40,999 bases of DNA from a virus, in the IMG/VR virus record IMGVR_UViG_3300045988_161129. One strand, written 5' to 3'. Positions 9,001 through 15,471 of this stretch are shown here, piece after piece (position 1 is the stretch's first letter; the number at the start of each line of letters is the position of its first letter). The notes under the pieces were generated by a model, which saw only the letters and a program-made list of their open reading frames with translations, had not been told where the DNA came from and ran no database searches. The position numbers were made by a program, and so were the translations under genes.

Positions 9001-11010
9001 TTCGGCGATAAGGGATTTTCCGAGCGTGCCGATAAAGCTTTTCGGGTCTTTAAGAACCTTTTCCACCGACCATATTTCGGTTATAGCCTCGATTGCGCCG
9101 GAAGTAAAGCCCATTGCAAGAGCCTTGCCGTCCGAAAGGCCTTTCTCTTTTGCGTCAATAATGGTTTGGGAGGCTACTTGGCTGCCCATAAGGGTAAAGT
9201 CAATGGTCTCAAGAGCGGCTTTGGATATGCCTTCACCGCCGCCCGCCGCCGCGCCTATGCCTTTGGTTACTGCCATTCTTGCAACGTTGTCCATGATACT
9301 TTCGGCGGTTTCTTTCGCAAAAAGACCCAAAGAACGATAATTGCCGTTTTCGTCCCGTCCGGCAAGCGCAAATTTTGTGTTCCAAACGCTGTCGGGGTTT
9401 TTCTTAAGGTAGTCCTCAAGCATTTGTGAGGTGGTTCCTCTGACTGTGCTTGTATAATGTGAAAGAAGATGAGACGGGGAATTCGTATCAATCCCTTTGC
9501 CGGTCATCCCGTTCCATGTGTCCTCAACAGAGCTTATTCCGCTTGTGAGATTGGAAAGAACCGCCAAAGCGCTGTGCATATAGGGGTTGTCCTGCGTGTC
9601 CTCTTGGGCGACTTGGGTAATGGTATCGGTCATTCTTTTGTTTAAAATGGGCGTAAGCTCATCAAGAAATTCCGCAGCCCTGTTTTTATCGGTGTTGTAA
9701 AGCCCGTAAAACACAGAGCGTTCCTTGTCCGTCATTTTGACGTTATACATATTGGCGGGATTGTTGTATACGTCTGCCGTGTTGTCTGCACCGAAATACA
9801 CATCGGATTCCTTGTCTTTTTCAACTTCGCTGTGCTTCAAAAACTCGGGATCGTCAAGCAGCGGCATATATTTATCATAAATCTCCTGCTGCAATTTCTC
9901 GAGCTGTTCGTCTGCTTTACGCTCATTGTAATAATTGCGTAATGTAGATGCGGCCGCTTCATATCTTACGGCTTTATCGTTTGCAGCCGCTTTTTCCTCA
10001 TCCGAATAAGGGTCGTGGTTATATAAATCTCCGCTGTCCTCAGGCGACCCCATTTCTTGATTTTCTTGCGCGAATTTTCTTATGCGATTGCTTTCATCCC
10101 TTGCATTTTTCGCCTGCCCCTCTTTAAGCGCAAGCTCATTTTCAAGTTCTTCTGTGGTGGCATAATGCTTTTTGTTGTTCTTTAACCATGCAAGCTCTCT
10201 TTTTTCGCTGTCCGAAAGCTCATATTCCCTTACGGCGAGTTTATGTTCCGCAAGGGAAAGGGTTTTATAATCGGCACCGTCGTATTTTAATGAAAAAGGA
10301 TTTCCGTCATCGTCATAATCGGCGCGGTTATTTTCCCAATCAAGCTTCAGCTGTTTGAGACGTTCAAGCTCGGATTTTGCGGAATTTATTTTTTCTTTGT
10401 TTTCTTTGGAAATGTTTTTGGCCGTGCTGCTTGACTTTCCTCTAAAACCGTAACGTAGTTTGTTGTTGCGGTTATAGTTATCATACTTTTCCTGTGCCGC
10501 CGCTATAAGGCTGTCAAGCTTTTGACCTTCGCCGTTTGTCATGTCGGTGGCGGCATCATAGCTTTCGGCGCTGTCATACTCGGCGAAAGAGTCCCTGCGC
10601 CGCGAAAGCTCATCCCAAAGCCCCTGGTCGGAATATACAGCAGAGGCCTTTGAAATATAGTCCTCCATTTGTTTTACGGCATCGGCACCGTAAACACGTT
10701 CATATGCTGCACGGTTTTTCTCGAGTCTCTCTCTGTAATCCTTAAGGCTTGCCATGGAGGAGTTGAGATAATCGCTTGCGGCGGTGTAGTCATCGGCGGT
10801 TTTGAAACCCTGCGAATAATATTTATTAAAAGCATTTTCTCCGACTGCGTTTTTTCGGAAGGCGGCAATGTCGTCAAAAAGTGTGTCTTTTCCGCTGCGA
10901 ATGTTGCTTATGGGCTTCATCTCGGAATAGGTCATGGGCTTTTCGTATTTGTCGACCGTCTGCTCCCTCTCAAGCGCCTTTCGATTTCTTTTCATTTCAG
11001 AATACGTCAT
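1..11010 (-). CDS. Giant multidomain virion (polyvalent, ejected-effector type) protein. In-window part is 3,670 codons; the gene continues across the junction to the stop at 40924-40926, total 3,676 aa
   Basis: ATG at 11010 lies 9 nt after a GAGGAGAG RBS. I hand-translated the minus frame (codon low coordinate = 1 mod 3) from 11010 to 1 and found no stop. No fragment of this frame appears in the ORF track, as expected for an ORF that lacks a stop inside the window. N-terminus is MTYSEMKRNRKALEREQTVDKYEKP; in-window C-terminus is ...LEKWRDSADEDANQEKRAKE. Confidence 0.85.
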   Translation of the reverse strand, partial: MTYSEMKRNRKALEREQTVDKYEKPMTYSEMKPISNIRSGKDTLFDDIAAFRKNAVGENAFNKYYSQGFKTADDYTAASDYLNSSMASLKDYRERLEKNRAAYERVYGADAVKQMEDYISKASAVYSDQGLWDELSRRRDSFAEYDSAESYDAATDMTNGEGQKLDSLIAAAQEKYDNYNRNNKLRYGFRGKSSSTAKNISKENKEKINSAKSELERLKQLKLDWENNRADYDDDGNPFSLKYDGADYKTLSLAEHKLAVREYELSDSEKRELAWLKNNKKHYATTEELENELALKEGQAKNARDESNRIRKFAQENQEMGSPEDSGDLYNHDPYSDEEKAAANDKAVRYEAAASTLRNYYNERKADEQLEKLQQEIYDKYMPLLDDPEFLKHSEVEKDKESDVYFGADNTADVYNNPANMYNVKMTDKERSVFYGLYNTDKNRAAEFLDELTPILNKRMTDTITQVAQEDTQDNPYMHSALAVLSNLTSGISSVEDTWNGMTGKGIDTNSPSHLLSHYTSTVRGTTSQMLEDYLKKNPDSVWNTKFALAGRDENGNYRSLGLFAKETAESIMDNVARMAVTKGIGAAAGGGEGISKAALETIDFTLMGSQVASQTIIDAKEKGLSDGKALAMGFTSGAIEAITEIWSVEKVLKDPKSFIGTLGKSLIAEGSEEISSNILNRAVDVLVNADQSEVMQEYYGYINEGLSPSEASAKTITEILGDDLSAGLGGALSGLVMTGGNYNMAKAVEINESAKRGIKQIQVGNRLKTSDSVITALDEIIKANPENTQAIEAKAAIEKGEKVSARKLGKLLSDEVSNQFENAYTVDRNEIKTKLEAKGVENANSLSETIAKAFNEGIDSVKGQERTALTHNADAMAVYNEYRTAQTTAAESADRLTLAYSTAGREQLLNYAKEQGRNNGFLQEAADLAEGKTDLDSAIDLQTAVETEIADRFLSANTVEEAQEVFKELSNGAGKDITAILKDSLDTRTDDILAESNYDKVTNVSFKNTRDGVAAYVTTKNGENLSPFAANIGSESAAVINRATAKPAEARTLYATEYLNGNNYLAASSYDRAFTKYYEAGKKGTSFADIKRSTRDIKGDSARRIYEAGRKAAKAETKRQIQYRQTDEYKNRSEARTEANTKAEKTGGVVRDYSADRKVNKNQRGQLRLLDEWAKQKGVVIRVVGSLAEKLKLEGQIINGQYAGGNVIVIALDGKNMLTSTAGHELFHMIKNLAAEYAEDFTAFVIDHLKEAGQYESVFNDYARRYGRAYANDENFKAKIEEEIVAEHCFEALTNKEQWEKFAGEHKSIAEKIKDFIREFVAMINNAFDKYFVHDNAYIRNSVMSDVDYMNKIADMLWTGVDEAAENYRFGVGAENVETKYSVNPKFESEYDKWDKKSSRFSFLLGRTSSVLKSVGVRDANIRWDASKILKIKENHPAMTDEVIKQIPNILETPILIMNSKTVSGRLTLFGEVYDANGAPVLAVLELNPTSNNGKSLNLIKVASAYGKDVALQRFINTSDIIYQDKKRTDNWLKLNRLKLPLANRSSGSNTESNKPSADFTVPQKDGNVNTHSMQNPKNNSSFSVSDSNGNQLSENQQKYFANSKVRNKDGNLLVVKHGTNNEFNIFDFSKAGKNGAQEGYGFYFSNDPEITEKYGNIQKEFYLNITKPLYNNQITVNKNEIKKLANALIDFDIEKYADEGLTWQDSFLSNYVDTYSTSRANAVREFVDQLFSTNDNDSDLVYEIAVADGRGYDPMLVKEFYNVLTDSTGYDGMIAEWEHKDGTSNVYVAFNSEQAKLIDNKNPTDNPDVRYSTSDSDRLNELQSEYRELEKKVDSIKSSDEYKRLLDIISTGAGDDLDEAIKEYGKFTHSSGLYAASKRMSEITGEQKDLRARIDSAKEQSRDEFMRTVDDLTDRQKAEYAQKAVDTFGTTERVDLASYILTNGEMLDFSDGQGYRVKDHREISEILDMPDSAEYSDSLIYFMNMGNIRMQTYGIDISAAPNAEQISRLRDVIPEIMKDNDEFSVDFSKKNGYSAGSVTYPKGTATSKILSDINEFFESGTVPVYESEYGEFRYSVSESFEEQVDGVLNNTFDKNNHIYMGNTPNSLQSILHLQNRPMLITPTHVYTMTVSEAQAKADGRYVKGRNYHDLGKDILLGLPKALEKPLFLIKSSAKQNDLRIIAVTSLTDKNGVNVVAAIEPDGKGKLYNMTLDSNVMLSGYGKSNVLNYVLNAKKEGRILYASEKNNRLGKSRPGVQFPDHAFTADYSNSLSQYRETVNKYYAQNDKEYLSNSNKYKSFELSDETKASISDAGMRLTDDAELSSLMRSNADYKAEIERLKGEFVKSKRMGGKGANRLVQTDINRVARNIIGEYSSEINFYDLKDELTGLYGFIANSEKNSWDYAYAVQAANNIAKSVIAQSFVDITPETFESYKKELRSHRLIPNLDDVAEMTAMFGTFGAAYRQYGKKLNMRAQGTENAVHIDEIWDDLCAAVPLLDKDAQSTQDMWRNLIEVRDSLDEKSGFNPYLGNDELSAEQSAAVLGADILERFYEISPDTTFADRAQQQVNIREQKISELKADKQEALKKLREQRDTKISELKESFRQQNQKRRERSSRTALRHKIKALTADMNRRLLYPKKNEYIPRELMSSVAGVLNAINLDSGKSAALSQKFSVLKSAYEAIQKSEKYQSAYDSTVADMIQNLVEKSSGKFTAVSKENLEYIYDTLKAVDKLCKDAIKVKIAGEEHNAKEFSKQLIKETRQAKDMGRLSQKYTFAQSRPEAVFERFGGFAKNSAWQKMYTLLNDGQLKKTSILIEGKRMFNELVEGKNKKNVDSLISINEKDLVDIGLVDSDGNSVKITRDMMNAVYMMLENEDNTRHLIYGGLTVPDLKGYYKGKNEAFGKGAVRAEIMQGKFVDEIHRIRERIETVKDSNAADKAEQLDELYEKRDLLVAQAYSKAAEIKNKIAEQMTDYDRAWIAKAKEFFDGFSRDQMNAVTLMVYGFEKARIENYFPIHTDSAFRNEDFGVIQKAANLENMGFTKERVFSGSPIMLEGLTDVINGHIDDIANYAGLMPSVREFQKVYGKNMTDENGLTSVQNALREKFGTQGRKYISDLLGDITGSRQKSGSAFFNRIRGNMAQATLSVNARVALSQAASYPTAAAEIGWKPLTKALGMGLKKADKALIAEYSPLLAYRMAGYSNPEIGNIKDLGKTQNKVLKNTAWLMNWITQIDGATVGRLWYASQFYVDDNNSQLKAAFDKATAEHKANSISDEQFQKAKDDYYNEVAKVFNRVVERTQPNYTTMQRPAVLRSDKDLIRSMTMFYTQRLQNVSILYDAFSRMRSYSESYKNNPSGDVTAEDVKTARNEFGRAVFSQIVATTTLTAMKTIVDILLQSLYAYRDPDDDITPESFWGNVGYNFLDSFVSNLLFGSEMLKIAKAAYQIYDGSFSSRNADDFITIGGVETINDFTVYLEKFGDSFSKYVNGEGDLEDLGKSGLNLAKITGTLTGVPVANIGKLVEGMVSLGDKIAEGESLLSSGENQKTGTSSKKNMDKYNAAYAKADSSAAKEAVRTMIEEEKQKLLENGADQYAVNSKGQNKVTLEAKQNVRNKFSNEYRDKYKQAYRNKDTKTVAEIKTKLSLTGLYDNLDDTLEKWRDSADEDANQEKRAKE

Positions 11011-11021
11011 GGTATCTCTCC

Positions 11022-12029
11022 TCATCTGTATCTGCTGTCTCGTTTTTTCAGTTCTTCTCCGTACTTATCCATAAAATCATCTCCGTAACCGAGCTCATTT
11101 GCAATTTCATCAACAATGTCCACATAATCGCTGCCGGAATAACCGTAAGGATTGCTGTTGAGATAACCGTAAACTGTATCTTTCAAGGTAGTCGGGTCTT
11201 CGATTTTTTTAAGCTTTGCCTTAAGTGTGTTGGTCATTTTGGTTTTAATGCTGTCGCTTTGCTGATTTTTGGCCTCAAGCTGTGCCTTAAGGCTCGATAT
11301 CGCCGCCGACTGGTCGTTGTTTTTCTTGGTTTCGTTCATCTGCTCCCGCCACTGTGCGTCCGAAACGCTGTCACGCTCTCGTTGATAGGCCATTTTGTCG
11401 TTATACTCGTCGGCACTCATTTTGGCGTTTGCATTGTTCCATTGATTTTGAATGTTGCTGTCGTATTTGCTCTTTTCACGATTGTAGGTGTTCTCGTACA
11501 TACTCTGCGCCATGCTTGCAAGGGTTCCTTGCTGCTCAAATCCAGTTGCCCACCGACTGTAATCGGTGTTGTCAAGGTTCTGATAAAGGCTCGCAAGGTT
11601 AAGCAGGTCTTGTCCTTCCTGCTGATACCGTTCGTAGGCCAACTGTTCAAGCTCGGGTATTTTGCTGTTGAGGTCGTTCATGTAATTGTTGAACACCTGT
11701 TGGCCTGCGGTTTGGCCGTAAGAAGAACCATAGCCCCCCGTAAGCGCCGCCGCTTTGCCCTGCGTGTCCTCCATGGCCTGTTTTCCGTTACGGGTATATT
11801 GCTCCTTATATAAACCGTAAAGCGCGTCCTCAGCCGTATTGTATGAAAATTTATCACGGTTCTTTATGGCATCTACCGTTGAATTGAGGTCGTTTTGATA
11901 TTTGCCGTTGTATGAGCCGTAATTTGCAAGGCGGTTAAATTGAAAATCCGCCTGCTGCTTTTTTCTTTTTGCGTCCTCCGACTCGGAAAAATTATAATTT
12001 ATGGGGTTAAAGCTTAATGCCATTTTCAA
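11022..12029 (-). CDS. Virion structural protein, function unknown (335 aa, Gln/Asn/Tyr-rich)
   Basis: ORF with an AAGGAGAG RBS. It lies between the tail-type genes and the giant gene. No family recognised. Confidence 0.5.
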   Translation of the reverse strand: MKMALSFNPINYNFSESEDAKRKKQQADFQFNRLANYGSYNGKYQNDLNSTVDAIKNRDKFSYNTAEDALYGLYKEQYTRNGKQAMEDTQGKAAALTGGYGSSYGQTAGQQVFNNYMNDLNSKIPELEQLAYERYQQEGQDLLNLASLYQNLDNTDYSRWATGFEQQGTLASMAQSMYENTYNREKSKYDSNIQNQWNNANAKMSADEYNDKMAYQRERDSVSDAQWREQMNETKKNNDQSAAISSLKAQLEAKNQQSDSIKTKMTNTLKAKLKKIEDPTTLKDTVYGYLNSNPYGYSGSDYVDIVDEIANELGYGDDFMDKYGEELKKRDSRYR

Positions 12030-12041
12030 ACTCTCCTTTCA

Positions 12042-12632
12042 TTAAACCGTTCCTATTGCAAGCCATGACACAGGAACCGAAAAATTGTTGTCATCAACGA
12101 AAAATCCCACGGCCATAATGCGGCTTTTTATGTAAAACCCGCTGTTCTTTGGGTCGCAAACCGAAAAATCATAGAGACAGTAGTCGGTTTTGCCTTGAAT
12201 ATAATCATCGGGCGCAATAAATATCTGCGGTGCCGATTTATATTCGGTGGGAAAAGCAATTTCTGGTGCGGTGTATACAAGCTGACGCAAGGCAAATGTT
12301 CCCACTTCGGTTTCTGCGCTTGTCCTTTTTGTAACCGAAACAGTTTGAGGCAACGACCAATCCGCACTTGATAAGTCTCCAAAACCGATATTTGTTTTTC
12401 CGCTCTGAATAAGCGTGTCTCCGATTTGAAAAGATACCACCCCTGCGGTTTGCTTTTTTACCGATATTTTGGCCGTGCCGTTTTCGTCATCGTTATTACA
12501 TTCGATTGCTTCTTTTGCCCGCATAAGGTCGACAAGCTTGTAAAGATATTCATTTATCTGTGCGATTTGCTGATATGGATTTCCCGAAAGGGTAGGAGGG
12601 AGTCCATAATCGTATTTGTTTTTGTTGCTCAT
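12042..12632 (-). CDS. Virion structural protein, function unknown (196 aa)
   Basis: ORF in the structural operon; its start overlaps the stop of the upstream gene by 4 nt. Confidence 0.5.
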   Translation of the reverse strand: MSNKNKYDYGLPPTLSGNPYQQIAQINEYLYKLVDLMRAKEAIECNNDDENGTAKISVKKQTAGVVSFQIGDTLIQSGKTNIGFGDLSSADWSLPQTVSVTKRTSAETEVGTFALRQLVYTAPEIAFPTEYKSAPQIFIAPDDYIQGKTDYCLYDFSVCDPKNSGFYIKSRIMAVGFFVDDNNFSVPVSWLAIGTV

Positions 12633-14770
12633 CGTCTGCTCCCGTATTTATACATCTTTGAAATGCCGAAAAGGGAAAATGCGCCCTTTCCCGATACTTT
12701 TATTCTTACATGATCGCACCGGCGGGGGACAATCGGTATATTTACCGTTGCCATTCGTACAGTAGGATTTACCGTTCTGTACTCCTGCCATGTTCCCGAC
12801 GAGTCATACATGAGCGACACCGTAAGACTTGCGCCTTTTTCAAGCTTAAGTCTCATCATAAAGCGGGAAAGACTCTTTTTGTCGGGGCTCTCAAGCCCCA
12901 ACTCTCCCGTTTCAAAGAACCACCCGAAAGGACTTTCCTCTTTGGGAACAAAAGGATTCATTCCCACATTGCCGTAGATGCTTTCGGACGAAAGATTGAG
13001 TTTTCCTTTTGTTCCGTTAACGGTTTTGATTTTTCCGTCGTCTCCGTCAAGGAAAAACATATCTCCGTCGCACTCACAGCAAAATCTCATATATGTGTCT
13101 TGCTCTTTTGTCCATATCCCTGTTTGTGTGTCGTACACAAACAGTTTATGAACGCCGAGTCCGTCTTTCATAGAACAATAAAGCTTTTTCCCGCACGTTC
13201 CGAAAACAGCTTCGTAATATATTTCATGGCCGAGCGGAGAGGAGATTTTTTGCGGAATACTGCCCGTATATGAATAAATACCGTCGGAGGCCTTGTAGTA
13301 AAGCACACCGTCAATAATTGCAATGCCTTTGTAACTGCCCTTTTGTACTCCTTTAACGTCAAGAGTGACCGAAGTATAGGGCGTGTAGTCTCCGTAAACC
13401 TTGTGTATACATTCCTCTTTAAAAAAGAGAATTTGTCCGTTCCATGCAACGCAGCCGGTAAAAACTCCGTCGGTGCCGACCGTGATTGCTTCCGCGTCGG
13501 TACTTATTCCTTCATAGGCATACCAATTGTCGGGGTCTCCGAGCTTGGTACAATAAATTTCGTGGCCGTCCTCTGAGCAGCCCCAAAGGCGATTGTTATA
13601 TTCGGTAACATAGGCAAGGTCGGGAACGCTCCGGCAAATGGCAAAGCTGAGAAAATTTGAAGAATATTCGAGGGAAACGGTTTCGGGGCCGGTAACCTTA
13701 AAGGTGAACGGCTCAAGCTGAATGTCGAGAACAATTCCGCCCATGCCGTTAAGCTCGCCTATAATTTTGTAGCCACGCGAAACGTATTTATAAAAGCTCT
13801 TTTTGGTTATTTCGGTAAGATAAGTTTCCTGATTAACCTTTATGTCGCTTGTATAGTCTCCGTTGTCAGAACGTTCAAGGGGAGTGTCGTTTGAGGTGGT
13901 ATCATCGGTAAAATAAAAGTCCACAACGTCGCCGGTTTTAAGCCCGGTGAAAAGATATGAGCCGAAATCATCCTTGACGGCCGTTTTCCAATCGTACACT
14001 TGATTCCATGAGGCTTTTTCGTTTCTGTAACTGAGTCGGAAAAGCACGGCCGACTCTCCGTATTTTTTGTTGTTATCGGAATTTGTTTTGTCGGGAACGT
14101 AAAGCCAATACTTTCCGTTATCGTCGCTGTCGATATTTTCGGTGGTTGAGGAGGGCTTTTTGGTGGGTTCGTCGTGCTGCTTCCATGACAGCTCATATAT
14201 ATTACCTTCACCGTCGCAGGGGACGAAATTCACATTTGTATAGCGATAAGAACCGCTTGTTGAAACATTTCCTGTCGGCAGCTCGCCTCTGAATATCTCC
14301 ATAAGGTTCCATGTCTTAATTATGTTGACTTCTTCTCCGTCATCCCACTCGGTTTCAAACCATATTTTATCGGGGAAAATACAAACCTTGCTCCCGAGCT
14401 TAATCATCTGTCGGTCTTTTGTGCCGGCATTTTGTATAAAGAGTCCGCCGCTCGTTGAGGCTTGCTGTTGCTTTCTGCCGTTGTCATAAATCCAAAGGGG
14501 AGGGGAGGTTCTTGTGTCTGAAGGGTCGGTGTCAAGCCACATAGGATGTTCAAACCCTTTTGACACCATGCCGCGGCAAGAGGATGTCTGAGCCACCTCG
14601 TACCTGCGTTTGCGTGTGGATATAACGGGATAATCGTCACAAGACAGGTTCTCCATGTCAAAGAATTCCGAAGAACCTATTCTTAAGCTGTGATTATATC
14701 CCTTGAATTCCTGTATATACTCCTGCGTCCTCCCGAGTGAATTAAGCGTGGGATAATTCAAAAAAATCAC
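12629..14770 (-). CDS. Large tail-type structural protein with propeller-like repeats (713 aa; possible tail tube or nozzle protein of a podovirus)
   Basis: Long ORF with recurring DG-x-[IL]Y / G-x-[IV]W type beta-strand repeats (GVLYYKASDGIYSY, KLFVYDTQTGIWTKE, DMFFLDGDDGKIKTV). The GTG at 14770 has a weak RBS; the TTG at 14761 after AGGTGA may be the true start. Confidence 0.5.
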   Translation of the reverse strand: MIFLNYPTLNSLGRTQEYIQEFKGYNHSLRIGSSEFFDMENLSCDDYPVISTRKRRYEVAQTSSCRGMVSKGFEHPMWLDTDPSDTRTSPPLWIYDNGRKQQQASTSGGLFIQNAGTKDRQMIKLGSKVCIFPDKIWFETEWDDGEEVNIIKTWNLMEIFRGELPTGNVSTSGSYRYTNVNFVPCDGEGNIYELSWKQHDEPTKKPSSTTENIDSDDNGKYWLYVPDKTNSDNNKKYGESAVLFRLSYRNEKASWNQVYDWKTAVKDDFGSYLFTGLKTGDVVDFYFTDDTTSNDTPLERSDNGDYTSDIKVNQETYLTEITKKSFYKYVSRGYKIIGELNGMGGIVLDIQLEPFTFKVTGPETVSLEYSSNFLSFAICRSVPDLAYVTEYNNRLWGCSEDGHEIYCTKLGDPDNWYAYEGISTDAEAITVGTDGVFTGCVAWNGQILFFKEECIHKVYGDYTPYTSVTLDVKGVQKGSYKGIAIIDGVLYYKASDGIYSYTGSIPQKISSPLGHEIYYEAVFGTCGKKLYCSMKDGLGVHKLFVYDTQTGIWTKEQDTYMRFCCECDGDMFFLDGDDGKIKTVNGTKGKLNLSSESIYGNVGMNPFVPKEESPFGWFFETGELGLESPDKKSLSRFMMRLKLEKGASLTVSLMYDSSGTWQEYRTVNPTVRMATVNIPIVPRRCDHVRIKVSGKGAFSLFGISKMYKYGSRR

Positions 14771-15142
14771 CTACCATAAGATTATCTTATTTGTCCCGTC
14801 TGCCGTGGCTTTTGGGAGGTGTGTACTGTTCCAATAATTTCGAAATTCCGAAACAAGACTCTGACACATACTCATTGCGTTGTTATACTCGTCCACTTCC
14901 GAATTTATAAGACAGCTTTGTGCCTGTATGAACCAACTGTATGCCTCGTTGTAAGGAGGCGGCATAATAAGAGTGCTGTCGCTTGAATAGCTATCGGGTA
15001 TGTCAATCGGTGTATCGTGCGTATCTATAACAGATTGCTTTATTTGAAGGTCAAGGTTGTGCAGCCACACCCACTTGTCCGAATCGTCAAATTGATCGTC
15101 ACACATGATTTTTGCGTTGTCTATCGCGTCTTGAACTGTCAT
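14771..15142 (-). CDS. Small structural protein (123 aa; possible head-tail adaptor)
   Basis: ORF with a GGAGGG RBS, positioned between the capsid and tail genes. It ends in TAG. Confidence 0.4.
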   Translation of the reverse strand: MTVQDAIDNAKIMCDDQFDDSDKWVWLHNLDLQIKQSVIDTHDTPIDIPDSYSSDSTLIMPPPYNEAYSWFIQAQSCLINSEVDEYNNAMSMCQSLVSEFRNYWNSTHLPKATADGTNKIILW

Positions 15143-15162
15143 TTATATCCCTCCATACGAAT

Positions 15163-15190
15163 ATAGGGCGGAAGTTTCCTCCCGCCCTAT
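15163..15190. other. Stem-loop (9-bp stem atagggcgg / ccgccctat)
   Basis: Perfect inverted repeat in the 59-nt gap after the small capsid-adjacent gene. The T-rich tract lies on the plus-strand side only. Confidence 0.4.
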
Positions 15191-15201
15191 TTCTCTTTGG
15201 C

Positions 15202-15459
15202 TTAGTTCTGCGCTAAGCTCTCCATAATGTCGTCAGCAGCTTCCTGCTGGGTGAATGCGTTTGCGATAACTTCGGCCACGGGCTTGGGAACACTGCATTT
15301 TATTCCGCGTGGAACAAAATATGTTTTCCCGTTAATTCCCACCTGTATCGGCTCCTTTTTGAGGATAGGATCGGAGGGAATTTTAACCTCAACAAACTCA
15401 AACATAGGATTAACGACCTTGGCCTCTTCGGCCTTTTCGGTGTTTACTTCTTTAGCCAT
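15202..15459 (-). CDS. Small capsid-adjacent protein (85 aa; possible decoration or head protein)
   Basis: ORF with an AAGGAGAA RBS, immediately downstream of the major capsid gene. Confidence 0.4.
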   Translation of the reverse strand: MAKEVNTEKAEEAKVVNPMFEFVEVKIPSDPILKKEPIQVGINGKTYFVPRGIKCSVPKPVAEVIANAFTQQEAADDIMESLAQN

Positions 15460-15471
15460 ATGCTTTTCTCC

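Noticed and set aside
1-11010. The absence of long ORFs in the supplied track over the first 11 kb suggested non-coding DNA, heavy pseudogenisation or an alternative genetic code with reassigned stops.
   Set aside because: Hand translation shows one standard-code minus-strand frame open over the whole interval. It is missing from the track only because its stop lies beyond the window edge.
1-11010. Virion RNA polymerase in the giant protein, as in N4 gp50 or the crAss-like giant proteins.
   Set aside because: I found no T7-like motif set (T/DxxGR, R-x3-K-x7-YG, catalytic Asp pairs) and no two-barrel DxDGD-type motif. Only profile or structure searches can exclude it fully, so it is not claimed.
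10915-11010. Duplicated MTYSEMK heptapeptide at residues 1-7 and 26-32 of the giant protein, as a possible alternative start or programmed element.
   Set aside because: The second ATG has no RBS-like sequence upstream. It is most simply a small local duplication with no detectable consequence.
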